The translations under genes were made by a program, and so were the position numbers. The notes beneath the pieces are model-generated. The model was not told the DNA's origin, searched no databases, and worked only from the letters and a program-made list of their open reading frames with translations. Below, in pieces: positions 63,096-64,000 of a stretch of DNA of 64,000 nt (positions are counted from its first letter, which is position 1; each line of letters begins with the position of its first letter). This DNA is from a virus. The stretch lies in the IMG/VR virus record IMGVR_UViG_3300025617_000009, positions 51,085 through 115,084 of that record; one strand, given 5' to 3'.

Positions 63096-64000
63096 AATTC
63101 GTTATAAATGTCCAATAGCAGTTTTTTATTAAAATTATCACTGTCAATAGCAGTGATTTCGTTGCTAACAATCTCATCAACGCTTTCAAACTGTTGAATG
63201 TCAATGTTTGTTGAAATTTCTTCAATCTGTTTTTGTGGAATAAGTGTAATCTCTCTACAGTTATACTGAGTAATAAATGTTTCTTTAATAAATTGTGCTT
63301 CTTCGTAAGAGATTGGCAAGTCTAAAGTAACTCTTAGATACATTTTATTTTTGATAATATCATCAGTCTTTTCAAGAAGCTCACTTAGTTTAACTGTACG
63401 GTATTTAGGACAATTATTCCAGTTAATGTACTCAGGCTCTTTGTTATTTTCGCGGTCTAGTATCATCATACCACGCTCGTCATCCCATGCATCGGCATAG
63501 TTATGAGGGAAAGCATTGCCAATGTAGTGGATTTTACCTTGTACCTGGCGTTTGTGGAAGTGTCCAGAGAACACATACTCTTGATTTACAAAATGTTCTG
63601 CCTTGAGCTCACCGTGATCAGGCATTTGCACCATTGCGTTCATGTAAAAGTGAGGTAATTCAAAGTGTCCAAACATGTATTTTGCTTTTGACTTCTGTAG
63701 TTTCTTCCATTCGTCTCCTACCAGCCAAGGAACCAAGCAAACATCGTCTACTTCTGTGATTTCATTGACAACAGTAACACCTGGAACATGCTTTCCGAAC
63801 TCAACTGAGTGGATATCACGCTTGTCTTTGTAGTACAAATCGTGATTGCCAGGGAAATAAAAGAACTGCTCAAACTCTTTACCAAGTTTTTCCAATGAAC
63901 GCAGTGTTGCATCCATTGTAGTAATGTTCAAACTGTTGCGATTGTGATGCCAATCGCCGCAGAAGATAGCAGTTTCGCAGTTATTTGCTCGTGCAGTCTC
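63092..64000 (-). CDS. gp47: Recombination endonuclease nuclease subunit (Mre11/SbcD-like), 5' truncated by window
   Basis: The frame is open to the window edge (…IFCGDWHHNR). GNHD, FGHFE, FSGHFH and YIGN phosphoesterase motifs. Confidence 0.93.
   Translation of the reverse strand, partial: ETARANNCETAIFCGDWHHNRNSLNITTMDATLRSLEKLGKEFEQFFYFPGNHDLYYKDKRDIHSVEFGKHVPGVTVVNEITEVDDVCLVPWLVGDEWKKLQKSKAKYMFGHFELPHFYMNAMVQMPDHGELKAEHFVNQEYVFSGHFHKRQVQGKIHYIGNAFPHNYADAWDDERGMMILDRENNKEPEYINWNNCPKYRTVKLSELLEKTDDIIKNKMYLRVTLDLPISYEEAQFIKETFITQYNCREITLIPQKQIEEISTNIDIQQFESVDEIVSNEITAIDSDNFNKKLLLDIYNEL

Noticed and set aside
1-64000. Stop-codon reassignment, tRNA genes, integrase or IS elements
   Set aside because: Core genes are full length in the standard code with TAA, TAG and TGA all used as stops. 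No tRNA cloverleaf or transposase/integrase motifs were recognised by eye.

Overview
A 64-kb, AT-rich segment of a large T4-like myovirus, probably an uncultured aquatic lineage, read in the standard genetic code. It covers mostly the late (virion) region. Head genes run gp20 portal, an acidic core protein, gp21 protease, gp22 scaffold and gp23 capsid. Also present are a tape-measure-like gene, a gp26-like gene, the neck/tail-completion genes gp14/gp15, and about 44 kb of giant repetitive fibre and baseplate-accessory genes, including a subtilase-cupredoxin fusion and three Cys-rich paralogues. Sugar-modifying genes are interspersed: HldD, GmhB, cupin, NUDIX, GT9-like, SGNH-like, carbamoyltransferase and a Maf-like GT. 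The gp47/gp46 recombination nuclease lies at the right end, and T4-type late promoters (NATAAATA) punctuate the region. Main candidates for new biology: (1) a minimal GIY-YIG nuclease whose stop codon is followed directly by a ~430-510-nt highly structured, strand-specific non-coding RNA with repeated modules and possible pseudoknots; (2) a likely -1 ribosomal frameshift fusing the gp26-like ORF to an unannotated gp51-like ORF, as in lambda G/GT; (3) a putative late-expressed virion glycosylation system coupled to Cys-rich fibre-tip proteins; (4) a recurring architecture of a hydrophobic C-terminal helix plus a ~110-aa adaptor gene. All family assignments are motif recognition by eye; no database searches were run.
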